A stretch of DNA of 64,000 nucleotides, from the NCBI GenBank assembly GCA_963712745.1, contig CAVQJC010000017.1, positions 128,001 through 192,000 on the forward strand, read 5' to 3'. The position numbers and the translations under genes were made by a program. This DNA is from an uncultured Chloroflexia bacterium (GTDB lineage Bacteria; Chloroflexota; Limnocylindria; Limnocylindrales; CSP1-4). Positions 38,610-46,865 of this stretch are shown piece by piece; position 1 is the stretch's first letter; the number at the start of each line of letters is the position of its first letter. The notes under the pieces were generated by a model. It had not been told where the DNA came from. It saw only the letters and a list, made by a program, of their open reading frames with translations, and ran no database searches.

Positions 38610-39791
38610 CTAGCCCGCCTCGGCGGGCAGGAACTCGAACGAGTCGGCGATGGAGAGCCAGCGGTCGTCGAAGCCGTGGTAGCCAAAGCAGCCAATCAGA
38701 GCTTCGGGGCCGTCGGTAGCGAGAGCGGTCTCGAAATCGATCAAGAACGTCGAGTTGTACGTCGCCCTGCCGGTGTCCGCTCGGGTGACGTAGTCGATGC
38801 GGTGAGACGGGCCGGCCGGCAGCATCAGCTCCGACACGGTCGGCCCCTCGGCCAGCCCAGGGTCGCCTCTCGCGTGATCGAGTGCGCCGGCGAGGACGTC
38901 ATCGAGCGAGCTGCCGACGGGCAGATCCGTGGATTGGACCAGGCACGTCGTGGCCGGCCACCCATCGGGCTCGACCGGTCCGAACACCAGGGCGTGGAAC
39001 GCGTACCCCTGGTCCGACAGCGCGCTCAGTTGCTCCAGCATCGTCGCGGTCGTATCGACCCAGCGCGGATGTGTCTGACGGACGAGGTCAAGGTTCTCCT
39101 CCGCGCTTGCCTCGTTCGGGTCAAGGATGACCCAGTCGTCCGGAAAGGTCAGTGCAAATCCTGGAGCGATAGCCTCCAGGCGACCGCCCATGCCGGCCGT
39201 GTCGCGGGGGCGGAGCCACTCGAGTGACTCGGCGATAGCGCGCCACCTATCCGGGGTCGGATGCGGACCTTCACACGTGAGGATGACGCTCCAGGCATCA
39301 CCGCCGATCATGAAGCCCTCGCGGTAGAGCGCCACCTCGTCCGTGTCTGGCGGCACGACCTGCCATCGATAAGTGACGGCGGGGCCGGCCGGGAGCTCGG
39401 TCTGCGAAATGCCCTCGTACGCATGGACACTGGGCTCTGCCCTGATGGCCGCATCCAGCCCTCCGTAGAACCCCGGGTCGAGGACCTCTTCTCCGTCCCA
39501 CGGGACCACGTCCAGATCGCAAGCGTCGCCCGATGGCGACATCAGGAAGAGTTCTGACTCAGTCTCCTCATCGAGCAGGCCGACCTGCGCGCCGGCGGCC
39601 TGCAACTGGGCGTCGAGTTCCACGGTGAGGTCGAAGGCGATCCAATCGGTCGGGATCGATACGGCGATGCCGTGCCTGGGCATCTCCACGCGCCCACCGA
39701 ACCACGGTGGAGGCTGCGACTCTGACGCCACCACCCCAGACCCCAACGACAGAACCATCAGTAGCGCCAGCAACCCGACTCGCCTGCCCAT
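38610..39791 (-). CDS. family-II secreted protein, tandem domain
   Basis: Signal peptide; GGRVE..P.DW..LPAGP..LTC..DRW..IAES twice; ends DRWLSIADSFEFLPAEAG. Confidence 0.8.
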   Translation of the reverse strand: MGRRVGLLALLMVLSLGSGVVASESQPPPWFGGRVEMPRHGIAVSIPTDWIAFDLTVELDAQLQAAGAQVGLLDEETESELFLMSPSGDACDLDVVPWDGEEVLDPGFYGGLDAAIRAEPSVHAYEGISQTELPAGPAVTYRWQVVPPDTDEVALYREGFMIGGDAWSVILTCEGPHPTPDRWRAIAESLEWLRPRDTAGMGGRLEAIAPGFALTFPDDWVILDPNEASAEENLDLVRQTHPRWVDTTATMLEQLSALSDQGYAFHALVFGPVEPDGWPATTCLVQSTDLPVGSSLDDVLAGALDHARGDPGLAEGPTVSELMLPAGPSHRIDYVTRADTGRATYNSTFLIDFETALATDGPEALIGCFGYHGFDDRWLSIADSFEFLPAEAG

Positions 39792-39799
39792 AACGTCTC

Positions 39800-39846
39800 C
39801 ATCCTCCGCGCCCCGCGCCGCGGGTCAAGGGCCGGACGGCCCGACG
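39800..39846 (-). promoter_or_regulatory. conserved minus-strand promoter module
   Basis: TTGACC-N16-GAGGAT a few nt before ATG 39791. Confidence 0.55.
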
Positions 39847-39891
39847 GCCATGGCGGCGACGACCAGACCAAACCCGCTATTCATGGCGATT
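39847..39891 (+). repeat. array core element copy 8
   Basis: GCCATGGCGGCGACGACCAGACCAAACCCGCTATTCATGGCGATT. Confidence 0.92.
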
Positions 39892-39960
39892 TCGGAGTCG
39901 CGTTCGCGCCAGCGTGCTGACTGCGTTGGTGACCCCTCACGCTTGGCCTGATGCCCGCGC

Positions 39961-40350
39961 TCAGCGGTAGCCGAGGACGAGCGTTAAGAACAACAACAGG
40001 ATGACGAAGAAGCTCACGGCGGCGAGGACGAAGCTCACGAGACCGACGATCAACCACGCCCCGAGGCCATGGAGCCCCATTCGACGACCGGTCCCGAGGA
40101 TCACCAGCGGGACCAGGATCAGCCCAAGTAGCCCCAACCCGAGCCCGAGGTCGATACCTGCCGCTGAGTCCACCACGGCACCGACTCCGGAGAGCAGGAA
40201 CCAGGCGCCGATGAGCGTAGCCGTGGCCAGGACAGTGGTCGCCGATGCTGCCTTGGAGCGGTCCCGGAGCGCGTTGTACAGCCCCTCGCCCACCCAGCCG
40301 TACAGCCTCAAGTCATCACTCACGGCACCGCTCCCCGCGATGGTCTGCAT
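39961..40350 (-). CDS. small membrane protein (3 TM)
   Basis: Hydrophobic ORF between core copies, behind a promoter module. Confidence 0.6.
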   Translation of the reverse strand: MQTIAGSGAVSDDLRLYGWVGEGLYNALRDRSKAASATTVLATATLIGAWFLLSGVGAVVDSAAGIDLGLGLGLLGLILVPLVILGTGRRMGLHGLGAWLIVGLVSFVLAAVSFFVILLLFLTLVLGYR

Positions 40351-40380
40351 CGCGATCAGGTTTGTGCCCGACCATCCGCC

Positions 40381-40420
40381 CATCCTCCGCGCACCGGCCA
40401 GTGGGTCAAGGGCCGGACGG
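40381..40420 (-). promoter_or_regulatory. conserved minus-strand promoter module
   Basis: CATCCTCCGCGCACCGGCCAGTGGGTCAAGGGCCGGACGG. Confidence 0.55.
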
Positions 40421-40428
40421 CATGCATC

Positions 40429-40473
40429 GCCATGGCGGCGACGATCAGACATAATCAGCTGTACATGGCGATT
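40429..40473 (+). repeat. array core element copy 9
   Basis: GCCATGGCGGCGACGATCAGACATAATCAGCTGTACATGGCGATT. Confidence 0.9.
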
Positions 40474-40522
40474 CTCGATTGGCGCTCGAGAGCCGATGGA
40501 CGCCCGCGAGAGAATCGCAGGT

Positions 40523-40593
40523 AGCGGGAGGCGATGAGACGCGGCCGAGCAATGTCCGCCTGGACCGCCCGAGCCACTGGCCAACCCGGCCCG
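40523..40593 (+). ncRNA. c-di-GMP-II-like riboswitch (copy 4, partly degenerate)
   Basis: GCGGGAGGCGATGA..CCGCCTGGACCGCCCGAGCCACTGGCCAACCCGGCCCG; one pseudoknot pair broken. Confidence 0.6.
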
Positions 40594-40613
40594 AGGATGA
40601 GAGGGGGGACTTC

Positions 40614-41150
40614 ATGCGCACGTTGCGGCCGTCACTGGCGGCGATCATCATCTTGGTGCTGGCCATGACATCGGGCAGCGCGGTCTTGGCCCAGTCGGAC
40701 GACGCGCCTGCCGCCTGGGTCGAAGCGACGAGCATCGCGCATCCCTGCGTCGGACTCGGGGAACCCGAGGAGTACATCGAGGAGACGCACGTGACCCGTC
40801 TCCGAGGCTCGGCTCTCGACTGCAGCATGGACCTTGGCGACGCCCGCCTGAAGGGCACTGCGGATATGAGCTGGAACTACGACTGCTACGACGCGGTCGG
40901 GGCCGGCTGCGTGCGTTGGGGCTCCGTGGTGCTGACTGGGCCCGATGGCACATGGGAGGGTACGTTCAGCGGCGTAGAGAGCCCCGCAGGGTCCGGTGCT
41001 TCCTTCTCTGCTGAGTACATCGAGCTCGCGGGCAGGGGTGCCTACGATGGGCTTGCGTACGTGGGTCAGGCAGCCAACCAGTTCAGCACTTCTGGACGGT
41101 GGTTCGGCATCGTGTACGAAGGCGAGTTGCCGTCTCCGTCCGCCGAGTAG
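40614..41150 (+). CDS. family-I secreted protein
   Basis: MRTLRPSL signal peptide; DARLKG..G.W.G..LAGRGAYDGL..GIVYEGELP. Confidence 0.8.
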   Translation: MRTLRPSLAAIIILVLAMTSGSAVLAQSDDAPAAWVEATSIAHPCVGLGEPEEYIEETHVTRLRGSALDCSMDLGDARLKGTADMSWNYDCYDAVGAGCVRWGSVVLTGPDGTWEGTFSGVESPAGSGASFSAEYIELAGRGAYDGLAYVGQAANQFSTSGRWFGIVYEGELPSPSAE

Positions 41151-41198
41151 TCGCATCGCGTCGCCTCGGCTGCTTGCGGCTCAGGATCGGCGTGCATA

Positions 41199-41243
41199 GC
41201 CACGGCGGCGACGACCAGACCAAACCCGCTATACATGGCGATT
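41199..41243 (+). repeat. array core element copy 10
   Basis: GCCACGGCGGCGACGACCAGACCAAACCCGCTATACATGGCGATT. Confidence 0.92.
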
Positions 41244-41260
41244 CCTGTTAGCGAGTCGGG

Positions 41261-42394
41261 TCAGGTCGGCAGTTCGGCCAGCACGTCCTCGATGGCCATC
41301 CCACCGCTGCCACTGACGATGAACAGGACACCGCGAACGGTATACATGAACGACCACGTCGAACCGTCATCCGCCTCCTCCGCGTCATCCGTCCAGACGG
41401 TACGTTCACCGTAGGTCCGAGTCGGCCACTCCGAGAGCGGCGGGGTCACAGAGGTGCCCATCTCGCTGCGCATGATCTGTACCAGTTGCTCCATCACGAC
41501 TACGGGCGGGACTCCAGCAACTCGGATGGCCTCAACGACGTACTGCTCCGGCACCGACCGGTCAGCCGTACGCGCATGTGCCACCTGCAGGTCCCTGAAC
41601 TCCTGTCCGAGGTCGGAGATCAAGCGTCGGAACAACCGGCGAGCGTCTTCCTCGGTCAGCACCAGAGACGAGCTGCTCTCGACGGACAGCGGAGTATCGC
41701 CGATCACGTGCGGCAGCAGGGAGATCACCTGGTCGGACGGGAGCGGCAGGGTCTCGACGGTCTCGGCGATGGAGAGCCAGTCGTCGTCGGGGCGTTGGAA
41801 AGCTGAGCACGTCATCGTCAAGATGTCGCCGCCGACGTCGATCAGATACATCGTGACGGGGCCCCAGACGTCACGGTCGTAGGCATTCTGGGCGGTCGCT
41901 CGAAGTACCAGACCGGGACCGGTCGGCACGTCCACCGGCATCGGCGGGTCGGCATCCACCATCGACTCCGCGTCCACCATCGTCTGGTACAGACCTTCGG
42001 CGAAGGCATCGAGCCGCCAGCCTTCCCCGAGCCTTGGATAGAACAAGCAGCTCTCCGTCTCCGCGAGGGAGCACACTGAGGACGAGAGGTCCATACCCAA
42101 TAGCGGGAAGGATCCCTCAGCGGCCAAGAGCGAGAGGTTCATGTGCAGGCACGAGAGCCCAGCTGCAGTCAGTCCACCATCAGGCGAGTCCATGGCGCGG
42201 ACCTGTGAGTCGATGTCGGCGCCAGGGTCGAACGCCACCCAGCCCTCGGGGAGGGTGACCGCGAAGCCGTACTCAGCGATCTCCACGCGCCCGCCCATCC
42301 ACGGCGGAGGCGAGGCATCCTCCGCCCGCGCGGACCCGAATACAGTCGCCAGCAGACTGACCACAAGCAGCGCCACGCTCGCCAGCTGTCGCAT
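41261..42394 (-). CDS. secreted fusion protein: family-II + family-III domains
   Basis: GGRVE..GFAVTLPEGW..DDWLSIAETVE then LLPHVIGD..EAIRVAG..IEDVLAELP. Confidence 0.8.
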   Translation of the reverse strand: MRQLASVALLVVSLLATVFGSARAEDASPPPWMGGRVEIAEYGFAVTLPEGWVAFDPGADIDSQVRAMDSPDGGLTAAGLSCLHMNLSLLAAEGSFPLLGMDLSSSVCSLAETESCLFYPRLGEGWRLDAFAEGLYQTMVDAESMVDADPPMPVDVPTGPGLVLRATAQNAYDRDVWGPVTMYLIDVGGDILTMTCSAFQRPDDDWLSIAETVETLPLPSDQVISLLPHVIGDTPLSVESSSSLVLTEEDARRLFRRLISDLGQEFRDLQVAHARTADRSVPEQYVVEAIRVAGVPPVVVMEQLVQIMRSEMGTSVTPPLSEWPTRTYGERTVWTDDAEEADDGSTWSFMYTVRGVLFIVSGSGGMAIEDVLAELPT

Positions 42395-42417
42395 TCTCGT
42401 ACCTGTGCGGATGCCCT

Positions 42418-42464
42418 CATCCTCCGCGCCCCGCTCAGCGGGTCAAGGGCCGGACGGCCCGGCG
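42418..42464 (-). promoter_or_regulatory. conserved minus-strand promoter module
   Basis: CATCCTCCGCGCCCCGCTCAGCGGGTCAAGGGCCGGACGGCCCGGCG. Confidence 0.55.
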
Positions 42465-42509
42465 TCCATGGCGGCGACGACCAGACATAACCCGCTATAC
42501 ATGGCGATT
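42465..42509 (+). repeat. array core element copy 11
   Basis: TCCATGGCGGCGACGACCAGACATAACCCGCTATACATGGCGATT. Confidence 0.92.
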
Positions 42510-42530
42510 CGTACCGTCCGCTCGGCCGAG

Positions 42531-43136
42531 CTACGCTCCGGCGGGCAGGAACTCGAAGGTCGCGGCGATGGACAGCCAGTCATCCTCGGGTGCTCCTCGC
42601 GAACAGCCGAGGAAGTACCACCGGTGTCCATCACCGAAGAGGTACATAGCGTATCGGTCAGCGGTCTCCAGCGACGCCCAGTCGGGGTACCCGCCGGGCT
42701 CGCCCCAGAAGTTCGCGTCTGAGGGCACCAGGTCCATGGTGACCCGTCCGACGCGTCCAGCCGGCAGGTCGATGACCGCGCCGGTGACGTTCCTGGCGGC
42801 GAGACTGTCGTCCCATCGCGAGACCAACGCATCGAGCCAGTCGTCAATCGACTCGACCGGCAGGACCGGCTCAACGACGGACGAGTCAAAGACCTCACAG
42901 TAGCCACCCGGCCCCGAGGAGGTCAGGCCCGGCAAGTACGGGGGGTGATCCAGCATCCCAATGACCTCCCACCCGTCGGGGAAGGCGATGGCGATTCCCA
43001 GATCCGGGAAGGTCCGGATGGTGGCGGCAGGCTGCCCCGTCACCTCCGGGCTCGCCGACGGTGACTGCGCCGTGATGGCGCTCGACGTCGTGGCTAGGAG
43101 ACACGCCACCGCAACCGAGATGATGAGCCGTCGCAT
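42531..43136 (-). CDS. family-II secreted protein
   Basis: Signal peptide; GIAIAFPDGW..LPAGRVGR..LGC..DDWLSIAATFEFLPAGA. Confidence 0.8.
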   Translation of the reverse strand: MRRLIISVAVACLLATTSSAITAQSPSASPEVTGQPAATIRTFPDLGIAIAFPDGWEVIGMLDHPPYLPGLTSSGPGGYCEVFDSSVVEPVLPVESIDDWLDALVSRWDDSLAARNVTGAVIDLPAGRVGRVTMDLVPSDANFWGEPGGYPDWASLETADRYAMYLFGDGHRWYFLGCSRGAPEDDWLSIAATFEFLPAGA

Positions 43137-43161
43137 GATCGACTCCCGTGCGCGATGCCCC

Positions 43162-43210
43162 CATCCTCTCCGCCCCGCTCAGTGGGTCAAGGGCCGGACG
43201 GCCCGGCGGC
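43162..43210 (-). promoter_or_regulatory. conserved minus-strand promoter module
   Basis: CATCCTCTCCGCCCCGCTCAGTGGGTCAAGGGCCGGACGGCCCGGCGGC. Confidence 0.55.
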
Positions 43211-43218
43211 GTGCCATC

Positions 43219-43265
43219 GCCATGTACGGGCGATGACCAGACCAAACCCGCTATTCATGGCGATT
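43219..43265 (+). repeat. array core element copy 12
   Basis: GCCATGTACGGGCGATGACCAGACCAAACCCGCTATTCATGGCGATT. Confidence 0.9.
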
Positions 43266-43377
43266 CTCGCTTGGGGCGGAGTTCGCAGCAACGGCTCGTG
43301 GGACGCCTGCGCCTCGAGAATCGTCTACCTGGTACAGGCGGGATCGACTCGTCAGCGTGAGAATCGAGGGAGAGACC

Positions 43378-43899
43378 ATGGGAACGATCAGGATCGGCAT
43401 CATCACGCTCCTCACCATCGGCCAGCTGGCGGGCTCAGCGGTCAGTGTCGCAGCGCAGGACGATGAAGCCGTCGTCGTGAGCGGGGGCATGAGTCCGATT
43501 GGCGGCGCGAGCGTGCCGTGCGAGCTGGAGGAGGATTTCACCGAACTCGACGACGGCACGGCCAGCTGGACCTGGTGCTTCGGTCTCGTGATGGACGATC
43601 CACGGCTCACCGGCGACGGCTCCGTCGTCATGGCTGAGCGGGCGTACGACGGCTTCGGCCTGATCTCCTCGAGGGTGGAGATAGCCAACGAAGGAGGGTC
43701 GTGGTCGGGCAACGGCACCAGGGTCTTCATCGACGGAGATCCGGGGATCGATATCGAGCAACTCGTACTCACCGGGGCCGGTGGATATGGCGGCCTGACG
43801 GCCATCCTCTATGCCGATCCGGAGTTCGGCTTCCGCGGATTGGACTCGTGGAACGGCGTCATCATCTCGGGCGAGATGCCAGGACTACCTGCCGAGTAG
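43378..43899 (+). CDS. family-I secreted protein
   Basis: Signal peptide; DDPRLTG..GGSWSG..LTGAGGYGGL..GVIISGEMP. Confidence 0.8.
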   Translation: MGTIRIGIITLLTIGQLAGSAVSVAAQDDEAVVVSGGMSPIGGASVPCELEEDFTELDDGTASWTWCFGLVMDDPRLTGDGSVVMAERAYDGFGLISSRVEIANEGGSWSGNGTRVFIDGDPGIDIEQLVLTGAGGYGGLTAILYADPEFGFRGLDSWNGVIISGEMPGLPAE

Positions 43900-43905
43900 A
43901 CCCCT

Positions 43906-43957
43906 CGCGCCACCTCCGCCTCGGCGGGCAGGAACTCGAAGGTCTCGGCGATGGAGG
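43906..43957 (-). pseudogene. short 3'-end remnant of a family-II gene
   Basis: Encodes SIAETFEFLPAE immediately after the stop codon of the 43958 gene. Confidence 0.6.
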
Positions 43958-44557
43958 CTATGGCAGTTCGGCCAGCACGTCCTCGATGGTCGGTTCGGTC
44001 GGTGCGTCGGGGTCAGAGCCAACGCGACCAAGCCGCACTCTGAACAGGACCTCGCCCTTCGGGTAGAGGTACTCGATGAAGCGGTCGTCGGCGCCATCGA
44101 AGGTAACGACCACGACGCGGCGGTCACCGATGTCCTGCCAGTCCATAGCGGCCACTGGCAGTTGGTCGGCGACAGCTTGGGACTCGCGTCGCAACCCCTC
44201 GAACACGCCTGCCCAGAAGTCTGCCGCCTGAGCACCCACGATGCGTGTCGCCTCGATACTCAGGAACCGGTCTCCTTCCGGGTGAACTCCATAGCCGCCT
44301 GCGGCTCTGACATCCTCCGGCTCCAGTCCGAGTGGCACCAAGACATCACGCCAGCCTGCGGTCCACTCCGCATCGGCGGAAGAGACAGCCGAGAAGTCCA
44401 GGATGGACAGGTCGATGTCCCCGACCTGTGACGGGATGATGGACGCCAAGTCATCGGGTGCGAACGGCGGCGTGGCCTCCGCTGACGGCGACTGAGCCAA
44501 CGCCCCAGACCCCAGCGACAGAACCATCAGCCCTGCCAATAGCCCGGCTCGCTTCAC
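43958..44557 (-). CDS. family-III secreted protein
   Basis: KRAGLLAGLMVLSLGSG signal peptide; IIPSQVGD..EATRIVG..IEDVLAELP. Confidence 0.78.
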   Translation of the reverse strand: MKRAGLLAGLMVLSLGSGALAQSPSAEATPPFAPDDLASIIPSQVGDIDLSILDFSAVSSADAEWTAGWRDVLVPLGLEPEDVRAAGGYGVHPEGDRFLSIEATRIVGAQAADFWAGVFEGLRRESQAVADQLPVAAMDWQDIGDRRVVVVTFDGADDRFIEYLYPKGEVLFRVRLGRVGSDPDAPTEPTIEDVLAELP

Positions 44558-44584
44558 GGCTCCACCCCTCCTGCGGATGCCGCT

Positions 44585-44633
44585 CATCCTCCGCGCCCCG
44601 AGCCCCGGGTCAAGGGCCGGACGGCCCGGCGGC
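44585..44633 (-). promoter_or_regulatory. conserved minus-strand promoter module
   Basis: CATCCTCCGCGCCCCGAGCCCCGGGTCAAGGGCCGGACGGCCCGGCGGC. Confidence 0.55.
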
Positions 44634-44640
44634 ACGCTCA

Positions 44641-44685
44641 GCCCTGGCGGCGACGACCAGACATAACCCGGTATTCATGGCGATT
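44641..44685 (+). repeat. array core element copy 13
   Basis: GCCCTGGCGGCGACGACCAGACATAACCCGGTATTCATGGCGATT. Confidence 0.9.
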
Positions 44686-44733
44686 CCGTGCGGCCCACTG
44701 GAGCCTCGTGGACGCCCGCGAGAGAATCGTCGT

Positions 44734-44810
44734 AGCGGGAGGCAAAGACGCGCGGCCCCAGCCCTGGCCGCCTGGACCGTGCCGAGTCACTGGCGGACCC
44801 GACCCGCGCT
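44734..44810 (+). ncRNA. c-di-GMP-II-like riboswitch (copy 5)
   Basis: Identical to copy 3 except AATGA>AAAGA. Confidence 0.7.
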
Positions 44811-44825
44811 TGTGAGGGGGATGTC

Positions 44826-45359
44826 ATGCGTACGTTGCGGCTGTCCCTGGTCGGGACGGTCATCGTGATGCTGCTCGGCGGGCTGGCTGGAGCGGTGCTT
44901 GGCGCAGGACGAGGAGGAAGCGCCCGTATGGGTGACCCTCCTCGCGCAGGAGAACTGCCGGATGGAGGCGGACCCCGGCACCTACGAGCCAGGCGCAGGA
45001 CGCGCCAAGAAGATCCGCGACCTGCCCCTCGCTTGCGACCTCACCTACAGCGATGCCCGCCTTAGCGGGCCGAGCCACATGCTCTACAACGAGGACTGCT
45101 TCGAGTCGGGCATCTGCGTCGGGTGGGGGACCATCGGATCGACGGCTCCGACGGATCGTGGACCGGGTGGTGGCACGAGATCGACGACGAGGACGACGAT
45201 ACGAGCTTCCACATCGTGCTGACCGGCGACGGCGGTTACGAGGGACTCACCGCCATCATCTACTCACTCGGGGTCTGGGAAACGTTCCCCGACGAGTACG
45301 GTGTCATCTACCGGGGCGATCCGCCGCCAGGTCCCGAGGTGCTGTTGACTGCTGAGTAG
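44826..45359 (+). CDS. family-I secreted protein with two compensating frameshifts (~44900, ~45131)
   Basis: MRTLRLSLVG.. / AQDEE..SDARLSG..YNEDC / DGSWTG..LTGDGGYEGL..GVIYRGDPP. Confidence 0.7.
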
Positions 45360-45586
45360 CAGATCACCAGGCGACCGCGCCACGCTCACCGCCGCGAGCG
45401 AGATCCATACAGGGATAGACACCGATACGACGGTCATCTACCCCTGCTCGAGCTGAGCCGCACCGACATCGACCCCACGGCGCCCTGAGAACAGCACCGC
45501 CACCCTGGAGCAGCACTTCCCGCTGCCGCGTTCATGACCTCCGCCTCTTGAACCGAGCGGTACTGCTGTGGCCTCATACCCATCTG

Positions 45587-45663
45587 AGCGGGAGGCGATG
45601 AGGCACGGCCCACACCCTGGCCGCTGGGACCGCGTCCGAGCCACTGGCGAAACCGGCCCGCGC
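45587..45663 (+). ncRNA. c-di-GMP-II-like riboswitch (copy 6)
   Basis: GCGGGAGGCGATGA..GGCCGCTGGGACCGCGTCCGAGCCACTGGCGAAACCGGCCCGC. Confidence 0.7.
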
Positions 45664-45679
45664 AGCAAAGGGGGATGTC

Positions 45680-46579
45680 ATGCGGACGTTGCGACTGTCC
45701 CTGTCGGTGACGGTCATCTTGGCACTGCTGAGCGGACTGGGCAGTGCGGTCGTGGCTCAGTCGGAGGAGCCGAACCAACAGAGCGCGTGGCCGAGCCTCA
45801 CGACGTCCCTCGAGTACGGCGAAGACCCAAAGCAGGTTATCCATGCCTACGAGCCAGAGCCTCGGACCGCGCCACGGCCCGCCGTCGTCTTCTTCTCCGG
45901 CGGCGGATACGACATCGGGGATCCGCTGTGGGTCCTCGACTCTGCACGCCAGATGGCCGAGGCTGGCTACGTGGCCTTTGCGGCGGGCTACCGCCTCCAC
46001 GATCCGTCGACGGGCACGAACCCATGGCCGGCACAACTCGAGGATGCCCAGGCAGCGGTCCGCTGGATCCGCGCTCACGCGGCGGACTACGGCGTCGACC
46101 CCGACCGGATCTGCGCCCTCGGCCATTCCTCCGGTGGCCACCTCGCGTCGCTGGTCGGCATGACCGATGCCCGCGACACGAGTGACCCTGACATGGCGGG
46201 CATCTCGAGCCGCGTCACCTGCGTCGTCAGCGTCTCGGGCGACGTCGACCTCACGATCGGCAACCCGTACCCGGAGCAGACGGCGGTCTACGAGAGCCTG
46301 CTGGGCGCCAGCTACGAGGATGACCCCGCCGCGTGGCGTGCGGTCTCGCCCGCCTACCTCGTCGATGCGGAGACCGTGCCCATCCTCATCATCCACGGCA
46401 CCCGCGACACCAACGTCGACGTTCAGGCGTCCCGGAACCTGGCGGCAGCCCTCGCCGAGGTCGACCGGGAGTTCGTCTACGCCGAGATAGACGCCGACCA
46501 CTTCGACATCTTCGAGCAGCCCCCGACCCTGCCGCTCACCGAGACGTTCCTCGTCTACCAACTCCATCCAGAGGAGTGA
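45680..46579 (+). CDS. secreted alpha/beta hydrolase (esterase/lipase)
   Basis: MRTLRLSL signal peptide; SGGGY, WPAQLED, GHSSGG nucleophile, HGTRD, H. Confidence 0.9.
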   Translation: MRTLRLSLSVTVILALLSGLGSAVVAQSEEPNQQSAWPSLTTSLEYGEDPKQVIHAYEPEPRTAPRPAVVFFSGGGYDIGDPLWVLDSARQMAEAGYVAFAAGYRLHDPSTGTNPWPAQLEDAQAAVRWIRAHAADYGVDPDRICALGHSSGGHLASLVGMTDARDTSDPDMAGISSRVTCVVSVSGDVDLTIGNPYPEQTAVYESLLGASYEDDPAAWRAVSPAYLVDAETVPILIIHGTRDTNVDVQASRNLAAALAEVDREFVYAEIDADHFDIFEQPPTLPLTETFLVYQLHPEE

Positions 46580-46762
46580 TGACCGACCGGTCGATGGCGG
46601 CTCGATGGACGGCGAACCCAGAGCGAGTTGAAGAGATACGCGGCGCCAGCGCAAGCGCACCCGGCTGGAGCGTGGGCCGAGACCAAGGAGTAGGCGAGAG
46701 CTAGGAGTCGGCGACCAGCCGTGCCCACCGGCTGATTCGCTCGCGCCGCCTCGGCTGCCTGC

Positions 46763-46829
46763 GCCATGGCGACGACGACCAGACGTCGTACGCGTGGCGA
46801 CCAGACCAAGCCCGCTATACATGGCGATA
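46763..46829 (+). repeat. array core element copy 14 (internally duplicated)
   Basis: GCCATGGCGACGACGACCAGACGTCGTACGCGTGGCGACCAGACCAAGCCCGCTATACATGGCGAT. Confidence 0.85.
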
Positions 46830-46865
46830 CGCCGGGTCGGCAGGTCAAGCGCGATACGGCCGCGC

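Noticed and set aside
35759-44685. Repeated peptide MAATTR(P/H)NPL(F/Y)MAI in the ORF track
   Set aside because: It is simply the translation of the core element; no conserved RBS, stop or length.
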